Shown: in pieces, positions 27,201 through 42,100 of the stretch | Numbering within the stretch: the stretch's first letter is position 1 | How the letters are laid out: every line of letters begins with the position of its first letter | Assembly: GCF_009914755.1 (NCBI RefSeq) | Contig: NC_060925.1 | Direction: 5' to 3' (one strand) | DNA from: the human T2T-CHM13v2.0 reference genome, Homo sapiens | Length of the DNA: 64,000 nucleotides | The notes under the pieces: model-generated | What the model was told of the DNA's origin: nothing | What the model saw: only the letters and a program-made list of their open reading frames with translations | Database searches by the model: none | Program-made: the position numbers and the translations under genes

Positions 27201-30200
27201 TATCAGAGAAAGGTTCAACACTGTGAGTTGAATGCAAGCATCACGAAGAAGGTTCTGAGAATGCTTCTGTTTAGATAGGTGAGTTTTCTCCCGTATCCAA
27301 CGAAATCCTCAGAGAGGTCCAAATATCCACTTGCAGATTCTACAGAAAGTGTGTTTTGAAACTGCTCCATCCAAAGGAATGTTCAGCTCTGTGAGTTGAA
27401 CTCAATCGTCACAAAGTGTTTCCTGGGAATGCTACTGTCTAGTTTTTATGGGCAGTTATATCCTCTGCTGCCATAGGCCTCAAAGCGGTCCAAATCTCCC
27501 CTTTCAGATTCTACCAAAAGTGTGTTTCCAAACGGCTCTATCAAAGGGAATGTTCAACTCTGTGACTTGAATGCAATCATCACAAAGCAGTTTCTGAGAA
27601 TGCTTCCATGTAGCTTTTAGGAGAAGATATTTCCTTTTCCACCCCAGGCCTCGAAGCCCTCCAAATGTCCCCTTGCAGATGCTAGAAAGAGAGGGTTTCA
27701 AAGCTGCTCTATCAAAAGGAAAGTACAACTCTGTGAGTTGAATGCAAACATCACAAAGAAGCTCCTGAGCATGCTTCCGTTTAGCTTTCATGGGAAGATT
27801 ATCCCTTTTCCATCGAAATGTTCAAAGAGGTCCACATATCCGCTTGCAGATTCCACCGAAAGAGTGTTTCCAAACTGCTGTATCAAAAGGAATCTTCAAC
27901 TCCGTGAGTTGAATGCAATCATCACAAAGAAGTTTCTGACAATGCTTCTCTCTAGTTTTTATGTGAAGATATTTCCTTTTCCACCACAGGCCTGAAAGCG
28001 CTCCAAATGTCCACTTGGAGACTCTACGAAAAGAATGTTTCAAAACTGCTCTATGAAAAGCAATGTTATACTCTGGGAGTTGAACACAAGCCTCACAAAG
28101 GACTTTCTGAGAATGCTTCTGTTTACTTTTTACGTGAAGATATTCCCGTTTCCAAAGAAATCTTCACAGACTTCCACCTATCCATTTGCAGATGCTAGAA
28201 AAAGAGAGTTTCAAAACTGCTCTATCAAAAGGAATGTTCAACTCTGTGAGTTGAATGCAGTCATCACAGAGAAGTTTCTGAGAAGGCTTCTGTCTAGATT
28301 TTATGTGAAGATATACCCGTTTCGAACGAAGGCCACAAAGTGCTCCAAATATCCACTTGCAGGTCCTCCAACAAGAGTGTTTCAAACGTGAACTATCAAA
28401 GGAAGGTTCAACTCTGGACTTTGAATGCAAACGTCAGAAAGATGTTTCTGCGAAAGCTTCTGTTTAGTTAGGTGACGTTATCCCGTTTCCAACGAAATCC
28501 TCAGAGAGGTCCAAATATCCACCTGCAGATTCTGCAAAAAGTGTGTTTCCAAACTGCTCCACCCAAAGGCATGTTCAGCTCTGTGAGTTAAACTCAATCA
28601 TCACAAAGTATTTTCTGAGAATGCTTCTGTCCAGTTTTTACATGAAGCTGTTTCCTTTACTACCGTAGGCCTCAAAGCGTTCCAAATCTCCACTTGCAGA
28701 TACTACGAAAAGGGCGTTTCAACCTGAACTCACAAGGGAAGGTTCAACTCTGTCAGTTGAATGCCAACATCACAAAGAACTTCTGGGAATGTTTCTCTTC
28801 AGTTACGTGAGTTTTATCCCGTTTCCAACGAAATTCTCAGAGAAGTACAAATATCCACTTGCATATTCTACAAAAAGTGTGTTTTGAAAGTGCTCCATCA
28901 AAAGATATGCTCAGCTCTGTGAGTTAAACTCAATCATCACAAAGAATTTTCTGAGAATGCTTCTGTCTTGTTTTAGGATGAAGTTATTTCCTTTACGACG
29001 ATAGGCCTCAAAGAGGTCCAAATCTCCACTTGCAGATTCTGCAGAAGGAGTGTTTCAAACCTGAACTATCAGAGAAAGGTTCAACACTGTGAGTTGAATG
29101 CAAGCATCACGAAGAAGGTTCTGAGAATGCTTCTGTTTAGATAGGTGAGTTTTCTCCCGTATCCAACGAAATCCTCAGAGAGGTCCAAATATCCACTTGC
29201 AGATTCTACAGAAAGTGTGTTTTGAAACTGCTCCATCCAAAGGAATGTTCAGCTCTGTGAGTTGAACTCAATCGTCACAAAGTGTTTCCTGGGAATGCTA
29301 CTGTCTAGTTTTTATGGGCAGTTACATCCCCTGCTGCCATAGGCCTCAAAGCGGTCCAAATCTCCCCTTTCAGATTCTACCAAAAGTGTGTTTCCAAACG
29401 GCTCTATCAAAGGGAATGTTCAACTCTGTGACTTGAATGCAATCATCACAAAGCAGTTTCTGAGAATGCTTCCATGTAGCTTTTAGGAGAAGATATTTCC
29501 TTTTCCACCCCAGGCCTCGAAGCCCTCCAAATGTCCCCTTGCAGATGCTAGAAAGAGAGGGTTTCAAAGCTGCTCTATCAAAAGGAAAGTACAACTCTGT
29601 GAGTTGAATGCAAACATCACAAAGAAGTTCCTGAGCATGCTTCCGTTTAGCTTTCATGGGAAGATTATCCCTTTTCCATCGAAATGTTCAAAGAGGTCCA
29701 CATATCCGCTTGCAGATTCCACCGAAAGAGTGTTTCCAAACTGCTGTATCAAAAGGAATCTTCAACTCCGTGAGTTGAATGCAATCATCACAAAGAAGTT
29801 TCTGACAATGCTTCTCTCTAGTTTTTATGTGAAGATATTTCCTTTTCCACCACAGGCCTGAAAGCGCTCCAAATGTCCACTTGGAGACTCTACGAAAAGA
29901 ATGTTTCAAAACTGCTCTATGAAAAGCAATGTTATACTCTGGGAGTTGAACACAAGCCTCACAAAGGACTTTCTGAGAATGCTTCTGTTTACTTTTTACG
30001 TGAAGATATTCCCGTTTCCAAAGAAATCTTCACAGACTTCCACCTATCCATTTGCAGATGCTAGAAAAAGAGAGTTTCAAAACTGCTCTATCAAAAGGAA
30101 TGTTCAACTCTGTGAGTTGAATGCAGTCATCACAGAGAAGTTTCTGAGAAGGCTTCTGTCTAGATTTTATGTGAAGATATACCCGTTTCGAACGAAGGCC

Positions 30201-33200
30201 ACAAAGTGCTCCAAATATCCACTTGCAGGTCCTCCAACAAGAGTGTTTCAAACGTGAACTATCAAAGGAAGGTTCAACTCTGGACTTTGAATGCAAACGT
30301 CAGAAAGATGTTTCTGCGAAAGCTTCTGTTTAGTTAGGTGACGTTATCCCGTTTCCAACGAAATCCTCAGAGAGGTCCAAATATCCACCTGCAGATTCTG
30401 CAAAAAGTGTGTTTCCAAACTGCTCCACCCAAAGGCATGTTCAGCTCTGTGAGTTAAACTCAATCATCACAAAGTATTTTCTGAGAATGCTTCTGTCCTG
30501 TTTTTACATGAAGCTGTTTCCTTTACTACCGTAGGCCTCAAAGCGTTCCAAATCTCCACTTGCAGATACTACGAAAAGGGCGTTTCAACCTGAACTCACA
30601 AGGGAAGGTTCAACTCTGTCAGTTGAATGCCAACATCACAAAGAAGTTCTGGGAATGTTTCTCTTCAGTTATGTGAGTTTTATCCCGTTTCCAACGAAAT
30701 TCTCAGAGAAGTACAAATATCCACTTGCATATTCTACAAAAAGTGTGTTTTGAAAGTGCTCCATCAAAAGATATGCTCAGCTCTGTGAGTTAAACTCAAT
30801 CATCACAAAGAATTTTCTGAGAATGCTTCTGTCTTGTTTTAGGATGAAGTTATTTCCTTTACGACGATAGGCCTCAAAGAGGTCCAAATCTCCACTTGCA
30901 GATTCTGCAGAAGGAGTGTTTCAAACCTGAACTATCAGAGAAAGGTTCAACACTGTGAGTTGAATGCAAGCATCACGAAGAAGGTTCTGAGAATGCTTCT
31001 GTTTAGATAGGTGAGTTTTCTCCCGTATCCAACGAAATCCTCAGAGAGGTCCAAATATCCACTTGCAGATTCTACAGAAAGTGTGTTTTGAAACTGCTCC
31101 ATCCAAAGGAATGTTCAGCTCTGTGAGTTGAACTCAATCGTCACAAAGTGTTTCCTGGGAATGCTACTGTCTAGTTTTTATGGGCAGTTATATCCTCTGC
31201 TGCCATAGGCCTCAAAGCGGTCCAAATCTCCCCTTTCAGATTCTACCAAAAGTGTGTTTCCAAACGGCTCTATCAAAGGGAATGTTCAACTCTGTGACTT
31301 GAATGCAATCATCACAAAGCAGTTTCTGAGAATGCTTCCATGTAGCTTTTAGGAGAAGATATTTCCTTTTCCACCCCAGGCCTCGAAGCCCTCCAAATGT
31401 CCCCTTGCAGATGCTAGAAAGAGAGGGTTTCAAAGCTGCTCTATCAAAAGGAAAGTACAACTCTGTGAGTTGAATGCAAACATCACAAAGAAGCTCCTGA
31501 GCATGCTTCCGTTTAGCTTTCATGGGAAGATTATCCCTTTTCCATCGAAATGTTCAAAGAGGTCCACATATCCGCTTGCAGATTCCACCGAAAGAGTGTT
31601 TCCAAACTGCTGTATCAAAAGGAATCTTCAACTCCGTGAGTTGAATGCAATCATCACAAAGAAGTTTCTGACAATGCTTCTCTCTAGTTTTTATGTGAAG
31701 ATATTTCCTTTTCCACCACAGGCCTGAAAGCGCTCCAAATGTCCACTTGGAGACTCTACGAAAAGAATGTTTCAAAACTGCTCTATGAAAAGCAATGTTA
31801 TACTCTGGGAGTTGAACACAAGCCTCACAAAGGAGTTTCTGAGAATGCTTCTGTTTACTTTTTACGTGAAGATATTCCCGTTTCCAAAGAAATCTTCACA
31901 GACTTCCACCTATCCATTTGCAGATGCTAGAAAAAGAGAGTTTCAAAACTGCTCTATCAAAAGGAATGTTCAACTCTGTGAGTTGAATGCAGTCATCACA
32001 GAGAAGTTTCTGAGAAGGCTTCTGTCTAGATTTTATGTGAAGATATACCCGTTTCGAACGAAGGCCACAAAGTGCTCCAAATATCCACTTGCAGGTCCTC
32101 CAACAAGAGTGTTTCAAACGTGAACTATCAAAGGAAGGTTCAACTCTGGACTTTGAATGCAAACGTCAGAAAGATGTTTCTGCGAAAGCTTCTGTTTAGT
32201 TAGGTGACGTTATCCCGTTTCCAACGAAATCCTCAGAGAGGTCCAAATATCCACCTGCAGATTCTGCAAAAAGTGTGTTTCCAAACTGCTCCACCCAAAG
32301 GCATGTTCAGCTCTGTGAGTTAAACTCAATCATCACAAAGTATTTTCTGAGAATGCTTCTGTCCAGTTTTTACATGAAGCTGTTTCCTTTACTACCGTAG
32401 GCCTCAAAGCGTTCCAAATCTCCACTTGCAGATACTACGAAAAGGGCGTTTCAACCTGAACTCACAAGGGAAGGTTCAACTCTGTCAGTTGAATGCCAAC
32501 ATCACAAAGAAGTTCTGGGAATGTTTCTCTTCAGTTATGTGAGTTTTATCCCGTTTCCAACGAAATTCTCAGAGAAGTACAAATATCCACTTGCATATTC
32601 TACAAAAAGTGTGTTTTGAAAGTGCTCCATCAAAAGATATGCTCAGCTCTGTGAGTTAAACTCAATCATCACAAAGAATTTTCTGAGAATGCTTCTGTCT
32701 TGTTTTAGGATGAAGTTATTTCCTTTACGACGATAGGCCTCAAAGAGGTCCAAATCTCCACTTGCAGATTCTGCAGAAGGAGTGTTTCAAACCTGAACTA
32801 TCAGAGAAAGGTTCAACACTGTGAGTTGAATGCAAGCATCACGAAGAAGGTTCTGAGAATGCTTCTGTTTAGATAGGTGAGTTTTCTCCCGTATCCAACG
32901 AAATCCTCAGAGAGGTCCAAATATCCACTTGCAGATTCTACAGAAAGTGTGTTTTGAAACTGCTCCATCCAAAGGAATGTTCAGCTCTGTGAGTTGAACT
33001 CAATCGTCACAAAGTGTTTCCTGGGAATGCTACTGTCTAGTTTTTATGGGCAGTTATATCCTCTGCTGCCATAGGCCTCAAAGCGGTCCAAATCTCCCCT
33101 TTCAGATTCTACCAAAAGTGTGTTTCCAAATGGCTCTATCAAAGGGAATGTTCAACTCTGTGACTTGAATGCAATCATCACAAAGCAGTTTCTGAGAATG

Positions 33201-36200
33201 CTTCCATGTAGCTTTTAGGAGAAGATATTTCCTTTTCCACCCCAGGCCTCGAAGCCCTCCAAATGTCCCCTTGCAGATGCTAGAAAGAGAGGGTTTCAAA
33301 GCTGCTCTATCAAAAGGAAAGTACAACTCTGTGAGTTGAATGCAAACATCACAAAGAAGTTCCTGAGCATGCTTCCGTTTAGCTTTCATGGGAAGATTAT
33401 CCCTTTTCCATCGAAATGTTCAAAGAGGTCCACATATCCGCTTGCAGATTCCACCGAAAGAGTGTCTCCAAACTGCTGTATCAAAAGGAATCTTCAACTC
33501 CGTGAGTTGAATGCAATCATCACAAAGAAGTTTCTGACAATGCTTCTCTCTAGTTTTTATGTGAAGATATTTCCTTTTCCACCACAGGCCTGAAAGCGCT
33601 CCAAATGTCCACTTGGAGACTCTACGAAAAGAATGTTTCAAAACTGCTCTATGAAAAGCAATGTTATACTCTGGGAGTTGAACACAAGCCTCACAAAGGA
33701 GTTTCTGAGAATGCTTCTGTTTACTTTTTACGTGAAGATATTCCCGTTTCCAAAGAAATCTTCACAGACTTCCACCTATCCATTTGCAGATGCTAGAAAA
33801 AGAGAGTTTCAAAACTGCTCTATCAAAAGGAATGTTCAACTCTGTGAGTTGAATGCAGTCATCACAGAGAAGTTTCTGAGAAGGCTTCTGTCTAGATTTT
33901 ATGTGAAGATATACCCGTTTCGAACGAAGGCCACAAAGTGCTCCAAATATCCACTTGCAGGTCCTCCAACAAGAGTGTTTCAAACGTGAACTATCAAAGG
34001 AAGGTTCAACTCTGGACTTTGAATGCAAACGTCAGAAAGATGTTTCTGCGAAAGCTTCTGTTTAGTTAGGTGACGTTATCCCGTTTCCAACGAAATCCTC
34101 AGAGAGGTCCAAATATCCACCTGCAGATTCTGCAAAAAGTGTGTTTCCAAACTGCTCCACCCAAAGGCATGTTCAGCTCTGTGAGTTAAACTCAATCATC
34201 ACAAAGTATTTTCTGAGAATGCTTCTGTCCAGTTTTTACATGAAGCTGTTTCCTTTACTACCGTAGGCCTCAAAGCGTTCCAAATCTCCACTTGCAGATA
34301 CTACGAAAAGGGCGTTTCAACCTGAACTCACAAGGGAAGGTTCAACTCTGTCAGTTGAATGCCAACATCACAAAGAAGTTCTGGGAATGTTTCTCTTCAG
34401 TTATGTGAGTTTTATCCCGTTTCCAACGAAATTCTCAGAGAAGTACAAATATCCACTTGCATATTCTACAAAAAGTGTGTTTTGAAAGTGCTCCATCAAA
34501 AGATATGCTCAGCTCTGTGAGTTAAACTCAATCATCACAAAGAATTTTCTGAGAATGCTTCTGTCTTGTTTTAGGATGAAGTTATTTCCTTTACGACGAT
34601 AGGCCTCAAAGAGGTCCAAATCTCCACTTGCAGATTCTGCAGAAGGAGTGTTTCAAACCTGAACTATCAGAGAAAGGTTCAACACTGTGAGTTGAATGCA
34701 AGCATCACGAAGAAGGTTCTGAGAATGCTTCTGTTTAGATAGGTGAGTTTTCTCCCGTATCCAACGAAATCCTCAGAGAGGTCCAAATATCCACTTGCAG
34801 ATTCTACAGAAAGTGTGTTTTGAAACTGCTCCATCCAAAGGAATGTTCAGCTCTGTGAGTTGAACTCAATCGTCACAAAGTGTTTCCTGGGAATGCTACT
34901 GTCTAGTTTTTATGGGCAGTTATATCCTCTGCTGCCATAGGCCTCAAAGCGGTCCAAATCTCCCCTTTCAGATTCTACCAAAAGTGTGTTTCCAAACGGC
35001 TCTATCAAAGGGAATGTTCAACTCTGTGACTTGAATGCAATCATCACAAAGCAGTTTCTGAGAATGCTTCCATGTAGCTTTTAGGAGAAGATATTTCCTT
35101 TTCCACCCCAGGCCTCGAAGCCCTCCAAATGTCCCCTTGCAGATGCTAGAAAGAGAGGGTTTCAAAGCTGCTCTATCAAAAGGAAAGTACAACTCTGTGA
35201 GTTGAATGCAAACATCACAAAGAAGCTCCTGAGCATGCTTCCGTTTAGCTTTCATGGGAAGATTATCCCTTTTCCATCGAAATGTTCAAAGAGGTCCACA
35301 TATCCGCTTGCAGATTCCACCGAAAGAGTGTTTCCAAACTGCTGTATCAAAAGGAATCTTCAACTCCGTGAGTTGAATGCAATCATCACAAAGAAGTTTC
35401 TGACAATGCTTCTCTCTAGTTTTTATGTGAAGATATTTCCTTTTCCACCACAGGCCTGAAAGCGCTCCAAATGTCCACTTGGAGACTCTACGAAAAGAAT
35501 GTTTCAAAACTGCTCTATGAAAAGCAATGTTATACTCTGGGAGTTGAACACAAGCCTCACAAAGGACTTTCTGAGAATGCTTCTGTTTACTTTTTACGTG
35601 AAGATATTCCCGTTTCCAAAGAAATCTTCACAGACTTCCACCTATCCATTTGCAGATGCTAGAAAAAGAGAGTTTCAAAACTGCTCTATCAAAAGGAATG
35701 TTCAACTCTGTGAGTTGAATGCAGTCATCACAGAGAAGTTTCTGAGAAGGCTTCTGTCTAGATTTTATGTGAAGATATACCCGTTTCGAACGAAGGCCAC
35801 AAAGTGCTCCAAATATCCACTTGCAGGTCCTCCAACAAGAGTGTTTCAAACGTGAACTATCAAAGGAAGGTTCAACTCTGGACTTTGAATGCAAACGTCA
35901 GAAAGATGTTTCTGCGAAAGCTTCTGTTTAGTTAGGTGACGTTATCCCGTTTCCAACGAAATCCTCAGAGAGGTCCAAATATCCACCTGCAGATTCTGCA
36001 AAAAGTGTGTTTCCAAACTGCTCCACCCAAAGGCATGTTCAGCTCTGTGAGTTAAACTCAATCATCACAAAGTATTTTCTGAGAATGCTTCTGTCCAGTT
36101 TTTACATGAAGCTGTTTCCTTTACTACCGTAGGCCTCAAAGCGTTCCAAATCTCCACTTGCAGATACTACGAAAAGGGCGTTTCAACCTGAACTCACAAG

Positions 36201-39186
36201 GGAAGGTTCAACTCTGTCAGTTGAATGCCAACATCACAAAGAACTTCTGGGAATGTTTCTCTTCAGTTACGTGAGTTTTATCCCGTTTCCAACGAAATTC
36301 TCAGAGAAGTACAAATATCCACTTGCATATTCTACAAAAAGTGTGTTTTGAAAGTGCTCCATCAAAAGATATGCTCAGCTCTGTGAGTTAAACTCAATCA
36401 TCACAAAGAATTTTCTGAGAATGCTTCTGTCTTGTTTTAGGATGAAGTTATTTCCTTTACGACGATAGGCCTCAAAGAGGTCCAAATCTCCACTTGCAGA
36501 TTCTGCAGAAGGAGTGTTTCAAACCTGAACTATCAGAGAAAGGTTCAACACTGTGAGTTGAATGCAAGCATCACGAAGAAGGTTCTGAGAATGCTTCTGT
36601 TTAGATAGGTGAGTTTTCTCCCGTATCCAACGAAATCCTCAGAGAGGTCCAAATATCCACTTGCAGATTCTACAGAAAGTGTGTTTTGAAACTGCTCCAT
36701 CCAAAGGAATGTTCAGCTCTGTGAGTTGAACTCAATCGTCACAAAGTGTTTCCTGGGAATGCTACTGTCTAGTTTTTATGGGCAGTTACATCCCCTGCTG
36801 CCATAGGCCTCAAAGCGGTCCAAATCTCCCCTTTCAGATTCTACCAAAAGTGTGTTTCCAAACGGCTCTATCAAAGGGAATGTTCAACTCTGTGACTTGA
36901 ATGCAATCATCACAAAGCAGTTTCTGAGAATGCTTCCATGTAGCTTTTAGGAGAAGATATTTCCTTTTCCACCCCAGGCCTCGAAGCCCTCCAAATGTCC
37001 CCTTGCAGATGCTAGAAAGAGAGGGTTTCAAAGCTGCTCTATCAAAAGGAAAGTACAACTCTGTGAGTTGAATGCAAACATCACAAAGAAGTTCCTGAGC
37101 ATGCTTCCGTTTAGCTTTCATGGGAAGATTATCCCTTTTCCATCGAAATGTTCAAAGAGGTCCACATATCCGCTTGCAGATTCCACCGAAAGAGTGTTTC
37201 CAAACTGCTGTATCAAAAGGAATCTTCAACTCCGTGAGTTGAATGCAATCATCACAAAGAAGTTTCTGACAATGCTTCTCTCTAGTTTTTATGTGAAGAT
37301 ATTTCCTTTTCCACCACAGGCCTGAAAGCGCTCCAAATGTCCACTTGGAGACTCTACGAAAAGAATGTTTCAAAACTGCTCTATGAAAAGCAATGTTATA
37401 CTCTGGGAGTTGAACACAAGCCTCACAAAGGACTTTCTGAGAATGCTTCTGTTTACTTTTTACGTGAAGATATTCCCGTTTCCAAAGAAATCTTCACAGA
37501 CTTCCACCTATCCATTTGCAGATGCTAGAAAAAGAGAGTTTCAAAACTGCTCTATCAAAAGGAATGTTCAACTCTGTGAGTTGAATGCAGTCATCACAGA
37601 GAAGTTTCTGAGAAGGCTTCTGTCTAGATTTTATGTGAAGATATACCCGTTTCGAACGAAGGCCACAAAGTGCTCCAAATATCCACTTGCAGGTCCTCCA
37701 ACAAGAGTGTTTCAAACGTGAACTATCAAAGGAAGGTTCAACTCTGGACTTTGAATGCAAACGTCAGAAAGATGTTTCTGCGAAAGCTTCTGTTTAGTTA
37801 GGTGACGTTATCCCGTTTCCAACGAAATCCTCAGAGAGGTCCAAATATCCACCTGCAGATTCTGCAAAAAGTGTGTTTCCAAACTGCTCCACCCAAAGGC
37901 ATGTTCAGCTCTGTGAGTTAAACTCAATCATCACAAAGTATTTTCTGAGAATGCTTCTGTCCTGTTTTTACATGAAGCTGTTTCCTTTACTACCGTAGGC
38001 CTCAAAGCGTTCCAAATCTCCACTTGCAGATACTACGAAAAGGGCGTTTCAACCTGAACTCACAAGGGAAGGTTCAACTCTGTCAGTTGAATGCCAACAT
38101 CACAAAGAAGTTCTGGGAATGTTTCTCTTCAGTTATGTGAGTTTTATCCCGTTTCCAACGAAATTCTCAGAGAAGTACAAATATCCACTTGCATATTCTA
38201 CAAAAAGTGTGTTTTGAAAGTGCTCCATCAAAAGATATGCTCAGCTCTGTGAGTTAAACTCAATCATCACAAAGAATTTTCTGAGAATGCTTCTGTCTTG
38301 TTTTAGGATGAAGTTATTTCCTTTACGACGATAGGCCTCAAAGAGGTCCAAATCTCCACTTGCAGATTCTGCAGAAGGAGTGTTTCAAACCTGAACTATC
38401 AGAGAAAGGTTCAACACTGTGAGTTGAATGCAAGCATCACGAAGAAGGTTCTGAGAATGCTTCTGTTTAGATAGGTGAGTTTTCTCCCGTATCCAACGAA
38501 ATCCTCAGAGAGGTCCAAATATCCACTTGCAGATTCTACAGAAAGTGTGTTTTGAAACTGCTCCATCCAAAGGAATGTTCAGCTCTGTGAGTTGAACTCA
38601 ATCGTCACAAAGTGTTTCCTGGGAATGCTACTGTCTAGTTTTTATGGGCAGTTATATCCTCTGCTGCCATAGGCCTCAAAGCGGTCCAAATCTCCCCTTT
38701 CAGATTCTACCAAAAGTGTGTTTCCAAACGGCTCTATCAAAGGGAATGTTCAACTCTGTGACTTGAATGCAATCATCACAAAGCAGTTTCTGAGAATGCT
38801 TCCATGTAGCTTTTAGGAGAAGATATTTCCTTTTCCACCCCAGGCCTCGAAGCCCTCCAAATGTCCCCTTGCAGATGCTAGAAAGAGAGGGTTTCAAAGC
38901 TGCTCTATCAAAAGGAAAGTACAACTCTGTGAGTTGAATGCAAACATCACAAAGAAGCTCCTGAGCATGCTTCCGTTTAGCTTTCATGGGAAGATTATCC
39001 CTTTTCCATCGAAATGTTCAAAGAGGTCCACATATCCGCTTGCAGATTCCACCGAAAGAGTGTTTCCAAACTGCTGTATCAAAAGGAATCTTCAACTCCG
39101 TGAGTTGAATGCAATCATCACAAAGAAGTTTCTGACAATGCTTCTCTCTAGTTTTTATGTGAAGATATTTCCTTTTCCACCACAGG
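24259..39186. repeat. Super-HOR: 7464-bp (4-HOR) tandem duplication (HORs 14-17 = 18-21)
   Basis: Rare variants are paired 7464 bp apart: 25667/33131, 28780/36244, 28806/36270, 29325/36789, 29330/36794, 30499/37963. Confidence 0.9.
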
Positions 39187-42100
39187 CCTGAAAGCGCTCC
39201 AAATGTCCACTTGGAGACTCTACGAAAAGAATGTTTCAAAACTGCTCTATGAAAAGCAATGTTATACTCTGGGAGTTGAACACAAGCCTCACAAAGGAGT
39301 TTCTGAGAATGCTTCTGTTTACTTTTTACGTGAAGATATTCCCGTTTCCAAAGAAATCTTCACAGACTTCCACCTATCCATTTGCAGATGCTAGAAAAAG
39401 AGAGTTTCAAAACTGCTCTATCAAAAGGAATGTTCAACTCTGTGAGTTGAATGCAGTCATCACAGAGAAGTTTCTGAGAAGGCTTCTGTCTAGATTTTAT
39501 GTGAAGATATACCCGTTTCGAACGAAGGCCACAAAGTGCTCCAAATATCCACTTGCAGGTCCTCCAACAAGAGTGTTTCAAACGTGAACTATCAAAGGAA
39601 GGTTCAACTCTGGACTTTGAATGCAAACGTCAGAAAGATGTTTCTGCGAAAGCTTCTGTTTAGTTAGGTGACGTTATCCCGTTTCCAACGAAATCCTCAG
39701 AGAGGTCCAAATATCCACCTGCAGATTCTGCAAAAAGTGTGTTTCCAAACTGCTCCACCCAAAGGCATGTTCAGCTCTGTGAGTTAAACTCAATCATCAC
39801 AAAGTATTTTCTGAGAATGCTTCTGTCCAGTTTTTACATGAAGCTGTTTCCTTTACTACCGTAGGCCTCAAAGCGTTCCAAATCTCCACTTGCAGATACT
39901 ACGAAAAGGGCGTTTCAACCTGAACTCACAAGGGAAGGTTCAACTCTGTCAGTTGAATGCCAACATCACAAAGAAGTTCTGGGAATGTTTCTCTTCAGTT
40001 ATGTGAGTTTTATCCCGTTTCCAACGAAATTCTCAGAGAAGTACAAATATCCACTTGCATATTCTACAAAAAGTGTGTTTTGAAAGTGCTCCATCAAAAG
40101 ATATGCTCAGCTCTGTGAGTTAAACTCAATCATCACAAAGAATTTTCTGAGAATGCTTCTGTCTTGTTTTAGGATGAAGTTATTTCCTTTACGACGATAG
40201 GCCTCAAAGAGGTCCAAATCTCCACTTGCAGATTCTGCAGAAGGAGTGTTTCAAACCTGAACTATCAGAGAAAGGTTCAACACTGTGAGTTGAATGCAAG
40301 CATCACGAAGAAGGTTCTGAGAATGCTTCTGTTTAGATAGGTGAGTTTTCTCCCGTATCCAACGAAATCCTCAGAGAGGTCCAAATATCCACTTGCAGAT
40401 TCTACAGAAAGTGTGTTTTGAAACTGCTCCATCCAAAGGAATGTTCAGCTCTGTGAGTTGAACTCAATCGTCACAAAGTGTTTCCTGGGAATGCTACTGT
40501 CTAGTTTTTATGGGCAGTTATATCCTCTGCTGCCATAGGCCTCAAAGCGGTCCAAATCTCCCCTTTCAGATTCTACCAAAAGTGTGTTTCCAAACGGCTC
40601 TATCAAAGGGAATGTTCAACTCTGTGACTTGAATGCAATCATCACAAAGCAGTTTCTGAGAATGCTTCCATGTAGCTTTTAGGAGAAGATATTTCCTTTT
40701 CCACCCCAGGCCTCGAAGCCCTCCAAATGTCCCCTTGCAGATGCTAGAAAGAGAGGGTTTCAAAGCTGCTCTATCAAAAGGAAAGTACAACTCTGTGAGT
40801 TGAATGCAAACATCACAAAGAAGCTCCTGAGCATGCTTCCGTTTAGCTTTCATGGGAAGATTATCCCTTTTCCATCGAAATGTTCAAAGAGGTCCACATA
40901 TCCGCTTGCAGATTCCACCGAAAGAGTGTTTCCAAACTGCTGTATCAAAAGGAATCTTCAACTCCGTGAGTTGAATGCAATCATCACAAAGAAGTTTCTG
41001 ACAATGCTTCTCTCTAGTTTTTATGTGAAGATATTTCCTTTTCCACCACAGGCCTGAAAGCGCTCCAAATGTCCACTTGGAGACTCTACGAAAAGAATGT
41101 TTCAAAACTGCTCTATGAAAAGCAATGTTATACTCTGGGAGTTGAACACAAGCCTCACAAAGGAGTTTCTGAGAATGCTTCTGTTTACTTTTTACGTGAA
41201 GATATTCCCGTTTCCAAAGAAATCTTCACAGAGTTCCACCTATCCATTTGCAGATGCTAGAAAAAGAGAGTTTCAAAACTGCTCTATCAAAAGGAATGTT
41301 CAACTCTGTGAGTTGAATGCAGTCATCACAGAGAAGTTTCTGAGAAGGCTTCTGTCTAGATTTTATGTGAAGATATACCCGTTTCGAACGAAGGCCACAA
41401 AGTGCTCCAAATATCCACTTGCAGGTCCTCCAACAAGAGTGTTTCAAACGTGAACTATCAAAGGAAGGTTCAACTCTGGACTTTGAATGCAAACGTCAGA
41501 AAGATGTTTCTGCGAAAGCTTCTGTTTAGTTAGGTGACGTTATCCCGTTTCCAACGAAATCCTCAGAGAGGTCCAAATATCCACCTGCAGATTCTGCAAA
41601 AAGTGTGTTTCCAAACTGCTCCACCCAAAGGCATGTTCAGCTCTGTGAGTTAAACTCAATCATCACAAAGTATTTTCTGAGAATGCTTCTGTCCAGTTTT
41701 TACATGAAGCTGTTTCCTTTACTACCGTAGGCCTCAAAGCGTTCCAAATCTCCACTTGCAGATACTACGAAAAGGGCGTTTCAACCTGAACTCACAAGGG
41801 AAGGTTCAACTCTGTCAGTTGAATGCCAACATCACAAAGAAGTTCTGGGAATGTTTCTCTTCAGTTATGTGAGTTTTATCCCGTTTCCAACGAAATTCTC
41901 AGAGAAGTACAAATATCCACTTGCATATTCTACAAAAAGTGTGTTTTGAAAGTGCTCCATCAAAAGATATGCTCAGCTCTGTGAGTTAAACTCAATCATC
42001 ACAAAGAATTTTCTGAGAATGCTTCTGTCTTGTTTTAGGATGAAGTTATTTCCTTTACGACGATAGGCCTCAAAGAGGTCCAAATCTCCACTTGCAGATT

